Assembly (NCBI GenBank): GCA_965197905.1
Contig: CBDAOB010000004.1
Coordinates: 1,792,001 to 1,856,000, forward strand
DNA length: 64,000 nt
Direction: 5' to 3'
From: Candidatus Latescibacterota bacterium
GTDB taxonomy: Bacteria; Latescibacterota; UBA2968; UBA8231
Of this stretch, positions 1 through 10,830 are shown piece by piece; position 1 is the stretch's first letter, and every line of letters starts with the position of its first letter. The position numbers were made by a program, and so were the translations under genes. Under the pieces are notes generated by a model, which saw nothing but the letters and a program-made list of their open reading frames with translations, made no database searches and had not been told where the DNA came from.

Positions 1-17
1 ATCGATATTGATACCAT
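1..17 (-). CDS. 5' end of a gene running off the window, possibly ribose-phosphate pyrophosphokinase by synteny
   Basis: Minus-strand AGGAG RBS at 26-30 followed by ATG GTA TCA ATA TCG; ispE-tRNA-Gln-prs is a common gene order. Only about 5 codons are visible. Confidence 0.3.
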
Positions 18-40
18 CGATTGGTCTCCTGAATTACAAT

Positions 41-115
41 TGGCTGCCCGGCGAGGATTTGAACCTCGATAGACGGAACCAAAATCCGTTGTCCTGCCAA
101 TTGAACGACCGGGCA
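41..115 (-). tRNA. tRNA-Gln(UUG)
   Basis: Reverse complement TGCCCGG...CCGGGCA-G-CCA acceptor stem; anticodon arm ACGGA-TTTTGGT-TCCGT (anticodon TTG); T-loop GGTTCAAATCC; encoded CCA. Confidence 0.96.
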
Positions 116-127
116 ACCATATTTAGC

Positions 128-997
128 TCAACGTGACAAACCCACCGGCTTGCACAAAAAAGACCGGAACCCCTGCGCTTGCAGCTTTGTTGCGGCTGAC
201 GAAGCGGCGGTCCGGTCCTCGAAGACGCCGAACAAACAGGACCCGCTTCCCGACATACTCAGGAATCGGGCGCCTGTGGAACCGAGTGTATGGCTCAGCT
301 CCGCGACGATGGGATAGGCGCGCTCGACCATCGGTTGGAAATCGTTTTCCAACGTGGAACAGAGCTCCACTAGATCAACGCACCCGCCGCTTAGCGAGTC
401 GATGAAAGTAAGGTATGGTGTATTTTCTGTCAACGATCCCTGCAGCGCGGAATAGGCCCACGCCGAGCTGATCTCCACCCCCGGGTAGGCCAGAACGAAG
501 GTGATGTTTCCCGTGGTCGAAATCGGTGAAATCCGTTCGCCACGACCGCGGACCACGGCGCAGCCGCCGTTGATCAGGAAAGGCACATCCGACCCCAGCT
601 GCTGCCCCAGGGTCTGCAAGGCCGCATGACTCAAGCGATCCCCGCTGCAGCGGTTCATCGCTCTCAAGACAGCCGCCGCGTCGGCGCTGCCGCCCCCAAG
701 ACCCGCGCCGACCGGAATCTTCTTTTCCAGGTGGATTTCGAAGGAATCCGTGTCCGAAACCTCCTCCTGGAACAGGTGCAACGCTTTCATGGCGAGATTG
801 TTCTCGTTCGTTGGCAAGGAGGGGTCGGAGCACACGAGGCGATTCTCAGGACTCTGCCGAAAATGCAGGACATCGGCCAAATCGACAGTTTGGAAGATGC
901 TGCAGATATTGTGATAGCCATCCGACCGAGGGCCGAGTATCTTCAGACCTAGGTTGATTTTGGCCCACGCTGGCTCGCTGAGATCTGCCTTGTTCAC
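128..997 (-). CDS. ispE: 4-diphosphocytidyl-2-C-methyl-D-erythritol kinase
   Basis: AKINLGL, DGYH, KKIPVGAGLGGGSADAA (GHMP kinase), LGSDVPF, LENDF and MSGSGS motifs. Confidence 0.96.
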   Translation of the reverse strand: MNKADLSEPAWAKINLGLKILGPRSDGYHNICSIFQTVDLADVLHFRQSPENRLVCSDPSLPTNENNLAMKALHLFQEEVSDTDSFEIHLEKKIPVGAGLGGGSADAAAVLRAMNRCSGDRLSHAALQTLGQQLGSDVPFLINGGCAVVRGRGERISPISTTGNITFVLAYPGVEISSAWAYSALQGSLTENTPYLTFIDSLSGGCVDLVELCSTLENDFQPMVERAYPIVAELSHTLGSTGARFLSMSGSGSCLFGVFEDRTAASSAATKLQAQGFRSFLCKPVGLSR

Positions 998-1003
998 GCG
1001 ATC

Positions 1004-1032
1004 TTGACCTTGTTTTTCTGCGGTCGTATTAT
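1004..1032 (+). promoter_or_regulatory. sigma70-type promoter for the TPR gene run
   Basis: TTGACC-N17-TATTAT just upstream of ATG 1051. Confidence 0.55.
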
Positions 1033-1050
1033 CATGATAAATACCGACTT

Positions 1051-4000
1051 ATGACCATTCATCTCAAATTCACGAGGACCGTGCAACGGATCTTGATGCC
1101 GCTAACGGCGGTGATCCTCATGCACCAGATGGCAGCGTCGCAGGACGGCGCCGAAGACGCCTTCAAGTTCGCCCGCAATCTCTACAAGGATGCCGGTGAC
1201 TTCGCTACGTCGGCCGAGCTCTTTAGCGAGTTCATCCGCAATTTCCCCCGCAGCGAGCGTTTGGCCGAAGCGCGGCTCATGCGGGCGCGGTCGCTGAAAA
1301 ACAGCGGCCGCTGCGACCTCGCCATCAAGGCGTACGAGGATTTCTATCTGGGACACCCCGACCATCTGAGCACCGCGGCGGCACGCGCCGAACGCGCCGC
1401 TTGTCTTCACCAACGCGAGCGCTATGTAGAAGCAGCACAGGCATTTGAGGAAGTTCAGGCGCGCTTCAGTGAAAGCCAGTTTGCCGCCTCTGCGTTGCTC
1501 GACGCGGCCGCCAATTATAGCCAGGGGGGCCAGGTCGAACAAGCGGCTCGCGCCTATCGCAAACTGGCGGCTGAATACGGTGACGAGGAGGCAGCGCAGA
1601 CCGCGCGTTACCGCTTGGCTGAGCTCGCCATCGCTCGCGGGGAGGGGGAGCAGGCACAGCGCTCGCTGCAACAGATCGCCGATGCCGACCCGCCGTCCGC
1701 GCTGGCTCCCAGCGCCCTGCTTTTTGCGGGCCGCATCCATCTGTTTCTTGGCGGTTTCGAAGCCGCCGAAAAGGTTTTCGACACCCTGAACACACGATTC
1801 CCCGCCTCTGCCCAGAGGGACAGCGCCGCCTTGGGAAGAGCGCGCTACCTCCTCGAACGCCGACACTTTAGCGCCGCCGCCGACGCTTTTGCCACAGCGG
1901 AGAACCAAATAGCGGACGCCCGCTTGCAAAAGGAGGCCGCCTTGGGCCAGGCTGATTCCCGCCGGCTGGCGGGAAAGCCGGAGGTCGCCATCGGTCAGTA
2001 CCGCACCCTGCTCGGAGACGACACCGCGATGCCGGTTGAGGTGCTGCTGCCGGCCCAGCTAGGACTGGCCATCTCGCTGGGGGAGATCGGTGACGTAACG
2101 GCTGCCGTGGGGCTGTTCCACGCGCTCATGGAGTCGGCCACCGGTTCCAGTCCAGCGCTAGAGAGCATGCGCGAGCTCGGGGTACTCTACCGCAAGCAGG
2201 GGGACTTTCAGCGCTCGGTCGTCTGGTACCAACGCTACCTCGAGCAGGCGGAAAACGCACCCGATCGCCGGCGCGTGCGTCTCGATCTTGCCCGTGTCTT
2301 TATGCGCCTCCAACTCCACGACGACGCGATTTCGATCTTCTACGAGCTAATGGGTAACGGCACCACCGAAGCCCACATGGGACTGGCGGAAACCCTGGAG
2401 CGGAGCGGACAGAAAAGGCGGGCGTTGCGCGAGTATGCGGCGTTTGTGGATCGCCATCCCGATCATCCGCTGGTCGACCGCGCTCGCGACCGCGCCGAGT
2501 ACCTGCGCCGCTATGCAGTGATGGATGCCGAAAGACTCGAGCGCCTTCTCCAACAGGCCTGGATGGATGAGTTGAACGGCACGCCGCGGGAGATCGTGCA
2601 GCTGGATGTCGCCGCCGGACTCTTCGACCTCCACGATTTTCCCAATGCGGTGCGCACCTTCGAGACCTACGTCGCTGCCTATTCGGAGAGCCCCTACGCA
2701 CCCAAGGCGCAGTACTTTCTGGGAGAAAGCCTGATCCAGCTGGCGCGTCAACGGCGGTTGGAGGGCCTGCAAACCGCCGCAGATTCGCTGGAGGCCCTTG
2801 CGCTCCAAGAATTTCGCATTCTCGGGGGCGAGCCCAAGGGAGAATGGGGCCAGCGAGCGGTCATCAGGAGACTCGAGTTGGAGGCCGCCGCTCAACCCGA
2901 TTCAGCGCGGTACGCCATGCTCGAGGTTGGATTGACCGCGTTTCTGCAGACCCATCCCGAATCCGCCGAGTTAGGCCTGCTCGGGTTGGCCGATGCCCGA
3001 CGCAATCAACACCCGTGGGACCGCGGCAAGCTCGACCAGGCGATCGCGGATTATCGCCGCTTCATTGCCCGGTTCCCCGACTCCGCCAAGCGGTCAACCG
3101 CGCTGTACGGGCTGGGACGTTCCTTTGTGGAAAAGGGAAACTACAGCGCCGCCATCGACACTCTCGAGGAGTTGCTGGGTGCCGATTCCGGCTCCGAACT
3201 CAGCGCCGCCGCCCTTTACGAAATGGGCCAGCTCTTCAGACAACAACAAAAACTGGAAGAAGCTGCGGTCCGATACCGCGAGCTATTGTGGACCTTTCCA
3301 GCCTTCCCGCAACGCCGCCAGGTTCGGCTCAATCTGGCTGACATTCACTTCGATCTTGGCGAGTACGGGTTGGCCCTGAAGCTGTACCGGCAGTCGGCGC
3401 GCAACGCGTCAGAGGACGGCAGCGTCGGGCGCCGAATTGCCCGTTGCCATCAGCGCCAGGGTGAACAAGGCAAAGCCCTGACCCTTCTACAGGAGGTCAT
3501 AGCCAACGAACCGCAGGCCGCTGACCTCGACAGCCTCTCACTTACCATTGCGGATTTACTCGCCGCTGTGGGCCGACCCGTTGAGGCGGCGCGAAAGTAC
3601 CTTCAGTTGAGCCGCGAATTGCCGGAAAGCCCACTGGCGACCACCGCCGCTTTAAAAGCGGCAAACCTGCATTTCGAAATGGAGCACTATGCCGAGGCAC
3701 ACCAAATTTTCGACCCGGTGCTGCCTCGGGTGGAGGATGAGCAGACCCACGCCAGAGCGGTTCTCTCGCTCTTTCGAGCCGCCGAAACCGATAAGGCGCG
3801 AGTAGCGGCCAAACGGTTCAGAAAAGAATTCGGCAAGCAGTCCACCTGGCTGCAGCTTTTCCAGCTCGAAGAAGCTCAGTACCTTTTGGGAACGAAGGCG
3901 TACGACCCGGCGTTGAAGATCTTTCGCGAGGTCGCCGCAGGCAGCGGACCATGGGCGAGCGAGGGGGCCTATTTTGAGGCGACGACGCTGTGGGAGCAAC

Positions 4001-4701
4001 ACCATGCCGCGCCGACGGAAGAAAGCGGACCCAAGGCGTTGAGCGCTCAAGCCCGTTTTATCGAGACGTTCCCTGCGAGTGGGCGGATCTATGAGGTCCA
4101 CTGGCGACTGGGAAACTATCACTTCGGGCTGCGCGGCTATTTGCTGGCCGCTGCAGCGTACAAACGGATTCTTGACGGCGCGGCCGCCGCGGAACTCAAG
4201 GCGCAAGCCGTGTGGCAGCTGTTGGAATGTTACGCAAGAGTCTACGAATTTGACGAGGCCCATCGAGTGGCCCTGCGGCTTTTGCGGGAGTTTCCGGATC
4301 ATGTCAAGAGCCAACAGACGCACCTACGCATCGGCATTATCCTCATGGAGAAGGGTCAGTACGCCCAGGCCATCGCCCAGCTCCAAGGGGTTCTCGAGTG
4401 GGCTCGGGGCAACGATGCCTCCGAGGCCAGGTTCTATATCGGCGAGTCGTATCGCAATGTGGGAGAGTACCGGAAAGCGATCGAAGCGTACTATCGCGTC
4501 AGCTTTCACGGCGCAGAAGGGTTCAGTCAGTGGATCTCCTCCGCGGATTTCAAACGCGCCGAATGTCACGAGACCCTGAACGAACTGGCCACCGCAGAGA
4601 GTATTTATCTGCGCATCGTGCAGCGCGAGGGTACTGATAGTCCGCAGGGCGCGATTGCCGACAAAAGAATTGTGCAGCTGCGTCTGCGGGCTGAGAGATA
4701 G
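1051..4701 (+). CDS. Large exported tetratricopeptide-repeat protein (BamD/CpoB-like TPR arrays), 1216 aa
   Basis: N-terminal signal-like segment; many repeats of the type A...Y/F...FP.S..A..A.Y.LG along the whole length. Confidence 0.85.
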   Translation: MTIHLKFTRTVQRILMPLTAVILMHQMAASQDGAEDAFKFARNLYKDAGDFATSAELFSEFIRNFPRSERLAEARLMRARSLKNSGRCDLAIKAYEDFYLGHPDHLSTAAARAERAACLHQRERYVEAAQAFEEVQARFSESQFAASALLDAAANYSQGGQVEQAARAYRKLAAEYGDEEAAQTARYRLAELAIARGEGEQAQRSLQQIADADPPSALAPSALLFAGRIHLFLGGFEAAEKVFDTLNTRFPASAQRDSAALGRARYLLERRHFSAAADAFATAENQIADARLQKEAALGQADSRRLAGKPEVAIGQYRTLLGDDTAMPVEVLLPAQLGLAISLGEIGDVTAAVGLFHALMESATGSSPALESMRELGVLYRKQGDFQRSVVWYQRYLEQAENAPDRRRVRLDLARVFMRLQLHDDAISIFYELMGNGTTEAHMGLAETLERSGQKRRALREYAAFVDRHPDHPLVDRARDRAEYLRRYAVMDAERLERLLQQAWMDELNGTPREIVQLDVAAGLFDLHDFPNAVRTFETYVAAYSESPYAPKAQYFLGESLIQLARQRRLEGLQTAADSLEALALQEFRILGGEPKGEWGQRAVIRRLELEAAAQPDSARYAMLEVGLTAFLQTHPESAELGLLGLADARRNQHPWDRGKLDQAIADYRRFIARFPDSAKRSTALYGLGRSFVEKGNYSAAIDTLEELLGADSGSELSAAALYEMGQLFRQQQKLEEAAVRYRELLWTFPAFPQRRQVRLNLADIHFDLGEYGLALKLYRQSARNASEDGSVGRRIARCHQRQGEQGKALTLLQEVIANEPQAADLDSLSLTIADLLAAVGRPVEAARKYLQLSRELPESPLATTAALKAANLHFEMEHYAEAHQIFDPVLPRVEDEQTHARAVLSLFRAAETDKARVAAKRFRKEFGKQSTWLQLFQLEEAQYLLGTKAYDPALKIFREVAAGSGPWASEGAYFEATTLWEQHHAAPTEESGPKALSAQARFIETFPASGRIYEVHWRLGNYHFGLRGYLLAAAAYKRILDGAAAAELKAQAVWQLLECYARVYEFDEAHRVALRLLREFPDHVKSQQTHLRIGIILMEKGQYAQAIAQLQGVLEWARGNDASEARFYIGESYRNVGEYRKAIEAYYRVSFHGAEGFSQWISSADFKRAECHETLNELATAESIYLRIVQREGTDSPQGAIADKRIVQLRLRAER

Positions 4702-4746
4702 CAGGTAACGGGCAGTTCCGTCCGTTCCAAACAGGAGAGCTTGCAG

Positions 4747-5417
4747 ATGTCACATGTTTCCTTTTTGCGTCAGGTTCCTTTGTTCGAGAGCCTGGACGAC
4801 GCGGAGATCGATGCCCTCTCTGAGCTCACGTTCACGCGAACGTTTAATAAAGAGACCGTAATCATTCTGGCCGAGGAGGAGGGGGATACCTTGTTCATCA
4901 TCAAGGACGGCCAGGTCAAAGTCAGCATCGTCAGCGAAGAAGGCAGGGAAGTGATCCTGTCCCTCTTGAGGGGCGGAGCCGTCTTCGGCGAGCTTTCGCT
5001 GCTCGACGGCAAACCGCGTTCCGCCAACGTGGTGGCAACCGAAGACACCGAGCTGTTGATGCTGCGCCGCACCGACTTCATCCAGTTGATCTACAAGACC
5101 CCCAGATCGCTACCGCGCTTTTGGCCGAGCTGGCCTCCCGACTGCGCAAAACCGATCGCCAAATCGAGGGCCTGGCCCTGCTCGATGTGACCAGCCGCAT
5201 CTCGGAGACCCTGCTTCAGCTGGCCAGCGAACAAGGTAGCGAGTCGGAAGAAGGGGTCATCATCCGCAATCGGCCTACACACCAGGAACTGGCGAACATG
5301 TCCGGGACCACGCGGGAAACGGTTTCGCGCGTGCTCAAACGGCTGGAAAGTCAGGGGTATATCATCTCCAAGGGACGACAGCTGATCATCCTGCGGGAGG
5401 AGAGCTGGGCGAAATAG
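4747..5417 (+). CDS. Crp/Fnr family transcriptional regulator, split by a 1-bp deletion near 5099-5103
   Basis: cNMP-binding domain (FGELSLLDGKPRSANV) in one frame and HTH (THQELANMSGTTRETVSRVL) in another; adding one C to the C5 run restores KTPQIATALLAEL. Confidence 0.88.
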
Positions 5418-5435
5418 GTTGCTCAAAGATCGGAC

Positions 5436-6971
5436 ATGGCTAAAGGACGCCGAATTCTAGTACTCACCCAGAACCCCGCGGTGGCAGAGCTGGGCTCAGA
5501 CGCGCTTGCAGCCAAAGGCCGTCAGGTGGTGCAGGTGCGCGATGTTCCCATGCTGCCGTCCTTGACTGATCGCGGGATCGACCTGGTTCTGGTGGATCTG
5601 AATCTGCCTGACACCTCCCTGCGCGACGCCGCCCGGCTGTTCGCTGCTCATCCCGAGATGCCCGTTCTCGTTTTGGGGACCCCGTCTTCGTCCATTTGGG
5701 AAAGCATTGCCCCGGGAAATCCGCTAGAGGTAGGCATAGCACCCCCGTACTCTGCTGACGACGTCAGGAAACGGGCGGAAAACCTGCTTGAGAGAGGACG
5801 ATTCCTGGCCGGCACGGAGCTCGTCGGCTCTTCCGCCGCCATGCGGGAGCTTCGCGAGCGCATTCTCCTGGTCGCACCTTCGATGGTGTCGACTATCCTC
5901 CTCACCGGCGAGAGTGGCTCGGGAAAGGACGAGGTAGCCCGCGCCATTCACGACCAGAGCCCGCGGCGGGATGCCCCGTTCAAACCGATAAACTGCGCCG
6001 CCATTCCAGACAACCTGCTGGAGAACGAGCTGTTCGGTCACGAGAAGGGGGCGTTTACCGACGCCAAGACCCAATACCGAGGGATCTTCGAGCAGGCCGA
6101 CGGCGGTACTGTTTTCCTCGACGAAATCGGCGAGATGTCCCTCGCCGCCCAGGTTCGTTTGTTGCGGGTTCTCGAACAGCGAGAGGTTACGCGCATCGGC
6201 GGCACCGCTGCTCTTGCCGTCGATATTCGGGTCATCGCCGCCACCAACAAGAATCTACAAGCGGCGGTGGGTGCACGTGAATTTCGTCGCGACCTTTACC
6301 ACCGCCTCAAAGTGGTAGAACTCGCCATTCCGCCTCTGCGGCGCCGAGCCCAGGACATCCCGGAACTGCTCGAGCACTTCCGCGAGCAGTTTGGGCGGCG
6401 GGAGGAGACCCGTTTCAATGGTTTTTCAGAAGCGGCGATACGCCTGCTGACGGAGTACGCGTGGCCGGGCAATGTGCGTGAGCTTCGCAACCTCGTAGAA
6501 CACATGGTGTTTCTCGGCCCCAAGGGCAAAGTAGAGCCGGACGACATCCTGCCCCAGCTTGAAGGGGACGCCGGTGCCGAGCGCAGCCTTCCCGTACCCA
6601 CCTCCAAAACCCCCGATCAGTCGGAGCGCGAACTCATTTATTTCGCCCTCTTGGACTTGAAGCGCGAGGTTTCCGCCTTGCGCGATGCCGTCGAAAAACG
6701 GGTCGTCGACCCGACACCCGGCCCGGTACAACCGGTCTACCAGTACGAAGACGCTCCCTTCGCGCCATCCGCTACTGATGCGGCCGCAGCCAGAGCGGTC
6801 GTTGCCGAACCCGACCCGGAGGAAGAAGGGGCTACTCTCAAGGCGCTGGAACGGGATGCCATCGAGCGTGCCCTGAATCAAGTCCGGGGCAACCGCCAGA
6901 AAGCGGCAGAAATGTTGGGAATTGGCGTGCGCACCCTCTACCGCAAGCTTCACGAATACAACCTCAAGTGA
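5436..6971 (+). CDS. Sigma54-dependent transcriptional activator (REC-like, AAA+, Fis-type HTH)
   Basis: GESGSGKD Walker A, LFGHEKGAFTDA, FLDEIGE Walker B, WPGNVRELRN, C-terminal GNRQKAAEMLGIGVRTLYRK. Confidence 0.93.
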   Translation: MAKGRRILVLTQNPAVAELGSDALAAKGRQVVQVRDVPMLPSLTDRGIDLVLVDLNLPDTSLRDAARLFAAHPEMPVLVLGTPSSSIWESIAPGNPLEVGIAPPYSADDVRKRAENLLERGRFLAGTELVGSSAAMRELRERILLVAPSMVSTILLTGESGSGKDEVARAIHDQSPRRDAPFKPINCAAIPDNLLENELFGHEKGAFTDAKTQYRGIFEQADGGTVFLDEIGEMSLAAQVRLLRVLEQREVTRIGGTAALAVDIRVIAATNKNLQAAVGAREFRRDLYHRLKVVELAIPPLRRRAQDIPELLEHFREQFGRREETRFNGFSEAAIRLLTEYAWPGNVRELRNLVEHMVFLGPKGKVEPDDILPQLEGDAGAERSLPVPTSKTPDQSERELIYFALLDLKREVSALRDAVEKRVVDPTPGPVQPVYQYEDAPFAPSATDAAAARAVVAEPDPEEEGATLKALERDAIERALNQVRGNRQKAAEMLGIGVRTLYRKLHEYNLK

Positions 6972-8425
6972 GCCGGCCTGGCGCATTCAGGTACGCCGGG
7001 TCGATCCGGGTCATCGCGATCGGGCTTTGTGTAGGCGTCGGGCTGCTGCAATCGGCAGCGGCGGAAGCGCCGCCTGAGCTACAGTTGCTCAACACGCTAA
7101 GTCGGGCTTTCGGAGACGCCTACGAACGCGCGAAACCGGCGGTTGTGCTGATCAAAACGACGCCGGCAGGCGGCCATTGGCGCGAAGCCCTTCCTCCGTC
7201 TCACCCTCCCTTGCCCCCCGATTACGACGCTTCCGGTGTGGGCTCGGGGACCATCGTGCGCTCCGACGGCATTGTTCTCAGCAATTACCACGTGGTCCGG
7301 GACGCTGACTCGATCTCGGTCACTCTGGCCGATCGCCGGCAGGTGCCCGCCGAAGTGGTGGGATTCGACGCCTTGATCGACATCGCCGTACTGAAGGTGG
7401 ATCTTGCGGGTCTGCCCGTGGCCGTCATGGCGGATTCGGATCAGCTGGCCATTGGCGATTGGGTGCTGGCGATCGGGCATCCACTGGGAATGGGCACGAC
7501 GTTGACCCACGGCATCGTCAGCGCGTTGAACCGTCAGGTGGAGGTCATCGAAGGGGAGTACAGCATCGAGAGTTTTATTCAGACCAACGCCGTCATAAAC
7601 CCCGGCAATTCGGGAGGACCGCTGCTCGATCTGACCGGACGCGTGATCGGCATCAATACGGCGATCTCCACGCGCACGGGATACTTTATCGGTTACGGGT
7701 TGGCGGTCCCGGCCAATCTGGCGCGCGAAGCGATGGAGGATATCCTCACCCACGGACGGGTCGTCAGGGGATACCTCGGGGTGGAGATGACGGAGGTCTC
7801 ACAGGAGGTAATGCGAGAGAATCAGATGCAGCGGCCACGCGGCGTGCATTTACAATCGATACGCGGCGACACCCCTGCCGCGCGCGGGGGCCTTAGCGAA
7901 GGGGATATTCTGCTCAGCATAGACGGGTCTCCCGTCGATCGCCCCAATCAGGTGCAGACCTTGATCTACAGCCGGGATCCTGGAGAGTTGGTAACCCTCG
8001 AGATCATTCGTCAAGGAGAGTCGCGCCGGCTGTTGATCGAGCTCGGTGAGCGCGAAAGCGACCTCCAACGGGAGAGGGGCAAAGAGTACCTCTCGCTATT
8101 GGGAATGCAGGTCGAAAGCTTGAGTCCCCGGCGCGCCGCGGCACTGGGATTCAGCCAGGAGGTTGCCAGCCAGCTGCAGTACAACCACGGTGAAACAGCC
8201 GTCGTTGTGGCCGCTCTCGAGCCGAATGGCGAAGCCTCCTCCAAGGGTATTCGTCTGGGGGATGTAATCACCGACGTGGACCTGGAACGGGTCACCTCAT
8301 TGAGCCAGTTCCTGCGGTTGATTGCACAGCTGGAGCGGGAGCAAGCCGCCCTGTTCTGGTTGTGGCGCGCGGGAGAGGGAGTGAGCGTCAGGGCATTGCG
8401 CCCCGACCCGAGATCGCACCAATGA
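6968..8425 (+). CDS. DegP/HtrA-family periplasmic serine protease with PDZ domains
   Basis: Signal peptide; SNYHVV, DIAVLK and NPGNSGGP catalytic-triad motifs; RGYLGV PDZ start and a second PDZ-like domain. Confidence 0.93.
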   Translation: MSRPGAFRYAGSIRVIAIGLCVGVGLLQSAAAEAPPELQLLNTLSRAFGDAYERAKPAVVLIKTTPAGGHWREALPPSHPPLPPDYDASGVGSGTIVRSDGIVLSNYHVVRDADSISVTLADRRQVPAEVVGFDALIDIAVLKVDLAGLPVAVMADSDQLAIGDWVLAIGHPLGMGTTLTHGIVSALNRQVEVIEGEYSIESFIQTNAVINPGNSGGPLLDLTGRVIGINTAISTRTGYFIGYGLAVPANLAREAMEDILTHGRVVRGYLGVEMTEVSQEVMRENQMQRPRGVHLQSIRGDTPAARGGLSEGDILLSIDGSPVDRPNQVQTLIYSRDPGELVTLEIIRQGESRRLLIELGERESDLQRERGKEYLSLLGMQVESLSPRRAAALGFSQEVASQLQYNHGETAVVVAALEPNGEASSKGIRLGDVITDVDLERVTSLSQFLRLIAQLEREQAALFWLWRAGEGVSVRALRPDPRSHQ

Positions 8426-9579
8426 GAAGAGAGACCGCCGCGCTAAGGGCGTTGGACGGTGCCGACGCCATCCTTCTCGTGGGCGCTTCCGAGTACCACG
8501 CCGACCTCTACTACGCGACGCGCTTCTTGGCACCGGACCCGTTCGCGTTCCTCGCCACCGCCGACCGGCGGGTAATGTTGGTCAACGACCTGGAGCTGGA
8601 CCGGGCTAAACTTCAAGCGACGGTCGACTCGGTCCACTCGCGAACGCGGTACGCCGCCATGGTGCGCCGCGAGAAGAATCGCGACCCGCAAGCGTTCGAG
8701 GTGCTGTTGCGGCTGCTGCAGGAAATGGAGCTGCAGCGGCTCTTGGTTCCGGAGGATTTTCCCATTGGCCTCGCCGATTCCCTACGCGCCCATGGGGTGG
8801 ACCTGGAGGTGGTTGAATCGCCCCTATTTCCGCAGCGCGCCGTCAAGTCAGCGACGGAGCTGGAGTACCTGCGACAAGCGATGGGCGCCGCGGAAAGGGC
8901 GATGCAAATGGCTATGGAGGTTCTAGCTGCGGCTGCGATACGCCACGGCCAGCTCTACCTGGACGATGAGGTGTTGACCTCCGAGCGCGTGCGCCACACG
9001 ATTCACCGCACCCTGTTGGAGGAAGAGTACGTAGCGGAGCGGACCATCGTGGCCTGTGGCGATGCGGCATGCGACCCGCACCAGGCGGGAAGCGGGCCGC
9101 TCTGGTCCGACCAACCGATCGTCATCGACATCTTCCCGCGGTCCGCGTCTCATGGCTATTTCGGCGATATCACCCGCACCGTCGTGAAGGGCCGCGCTAG
9201 CCTCGAGCTCAAGAAGGTTTACGATACCGTGGAAGCCGCGCAAAACCTGGTTTTCGACGCCGTCCGCGTCGGCGCCGACGGCGCTGCGATTCACCGGTCG
9301 GTTCTGGCATTTTTCACCGAAAGCGGCTATGAAACCGGCGTGCGCGATGGCCGCAACCAGGGTTTCTTCCACGGAACCGGCCACGGACTGGGTCTCGAGA
9401 TTCACGAAGCGCCGCGGATCAGCTCGGCTGGAGATCGGTTGGAGGCCTCGCATGTGGTCACGGTAGAGCCCGGATTGTACTACGCCGGGTTGGGCGGGGT
9501 CAGGCTCGAGGATGTAGTGGTCGTGGGTGACGACGGCTTCGAGAACCTCACCCATTTTCCCAAAGTGCTGGAACTCTAA
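8422..9579 (+). CDS. Xaa-Pro aminopeptidase (M24 family)
   Basis: IDIFP, GDITRT, HGTGHGLGLEIHE, TVEPGLY and GVRLED metal-ligand motifs; ATG overlaps the DegP stop (ATGA). Confidence 0.92.
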   Translation: MRRETAALRALDGADAILLVGASEYHADLYYATRFLAPDPFAFLATADRRVMLVNDLELDRAKLQATVDSVHSRTRYAAMVRREKNRDPQAFEVLLRLLQEMELQRLLVPEDFPIGLADSLRAHGVDLEVVESPLFPQRAVKSATELEYLRQAMGAAERAMQMAMEVLAAAAIRHGQLYLDDEVLTSERVRHTIHRTLLEEEYVAERTIVACGDAACDPHQAGSGPLWSDQPIVIDIFPRSASHGYFGDITRTVVKGRASLELKKVYDTVEAAQNLVFDAVRVGADGAAIHRSVLAFFTESGYETGVRDGRNQGFFHGTGHGLGLEIHEAPRISSAGDRLEASHVVTVEPGLYYAGLGGVRLEDVVVVGDDGFENLTHFPKVLEL

Positions 9580-9614
9580 GAACCGCTCAGCTCTAACCAT
9601 CTCCTTCGCGTCAC

Positions 9615-10788
9615 GTGGAAACCATCAGCTCACAGGCCCTGGCGTACTTTCGCACCGACAGCGGCCAGCGGCTGCTGCGCCAAGCCGCTGACCAGACGAA
9701 GAGCTATTGGCACCTGCAGGAGAATCTGCGGCGGCATTTTCCTGCCGAGATGTGCCGTGCCGCTCTTTCACTGGTGGCTCTGCGAGAGAAGGCTGCGGCG
9801 AAGTTCTCACAGGCGGGACGCATGTTTTTTGACCGCGATGGCTTGGAGATGGCCTCGAGAAGAGCCCGCCGCCTACCGCGCCGCGCGCCTCGGCGCGGTC
9901 GGGGTCGTGATCGACCTCTGCTGCGGCATCGGCGGCGATCTGGTAGCGTTGGGAGAGCGCAATTGCGTCGTAGGCATCGATGTCAACCGAGCCCGTCTGC
10001 TGATGGGGCGCCTGAACGCCGAGGGGTTGGGTTTGGGCCAGGCCGCGTTCGCCGTGGCGGACGCAGATCGCCTCCGTCCCCGCGCAGACGCAGTGTTTCT
10101 AGATCCCGCCCGCCGCCACGAGCGGCGTCGTTCCAGGTTTGGATCCGACTACTCACCCAGTCTAGGTTTGGTGCACGAACTGCGTAGTCGCGTCGCCAAC
10201 CTGCTGGTAAAGGTGTCTCCGGCGGTTCCCGAATCCGACCTGGAAGGCGCCGACGAAGTTAATTTTATCTCGACCCGTGGACAGTGCCGGGAGGCGGTAC
10301 TCTACTTCGGCCCGCGGGCTCGCGGCGGACGCAGCGCCGTCATACTCCCGGGCCCCCATGTATTGGAGGCCACCGACTCGCAGCCAGAGGTCGAAGTGGC
10401 GCCGGCAGGAGCGTATCTCTACGATCCGGACCCTGCCGTGGTCAGGGCCCATGTGGTGCAGGAGCTGGCCCTCCAGCTGGATGCCTGGAAGCTGAGCTCG
10501 TTCAGCGCCTACCTCAGCGGCGAACGCGAGGTGCATTCGCCGTTCGCCCGGACCTACGCGGTGCTGGAGTGTCTCCCGTACAACCGCAAACGACTGCCGC
10601 AACACCTCGCCGCACAAGGCATGTACGCCCTCGAGATCAAGAAGCGGAACGTGGCTCTCGATGCGGCGGAAGAGCTGCGACAGCTCAAGGCAGCCAACGG
10701 AGAGGTTCCCGTCTCACTGGTGCTCGAACGCTCCAAACGCGGGATCGTTGTGCTCATTTGCCAAAGGATCCACAATTCAGCAGATTAA
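9615..10788 (+). CDS. Class I SAM-dependent methyltransferase with THUMP-like C-terminus, frameshifted near 9855-9860
   Basis: N-terminal part (AKFS...FFDRDGLEMAS) and C-terminal part (AYRAAR, DLCCGIGGD, FLDPARR, YLYDPDPAVVRA) lie in different frames. Confidence 0.8.
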
Positions 10789-10830
10789 TTTCGGCACTGG
10801 CTAGTTAATGTCCCGCGTTACAGGAAACCT

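Noticed and set aside
5095..5110. Programmed ribosomal frameshift in crp
   Set aside because: No slippery heptamer or evident stimulatory structure; a homopolymer error explains it more simply.
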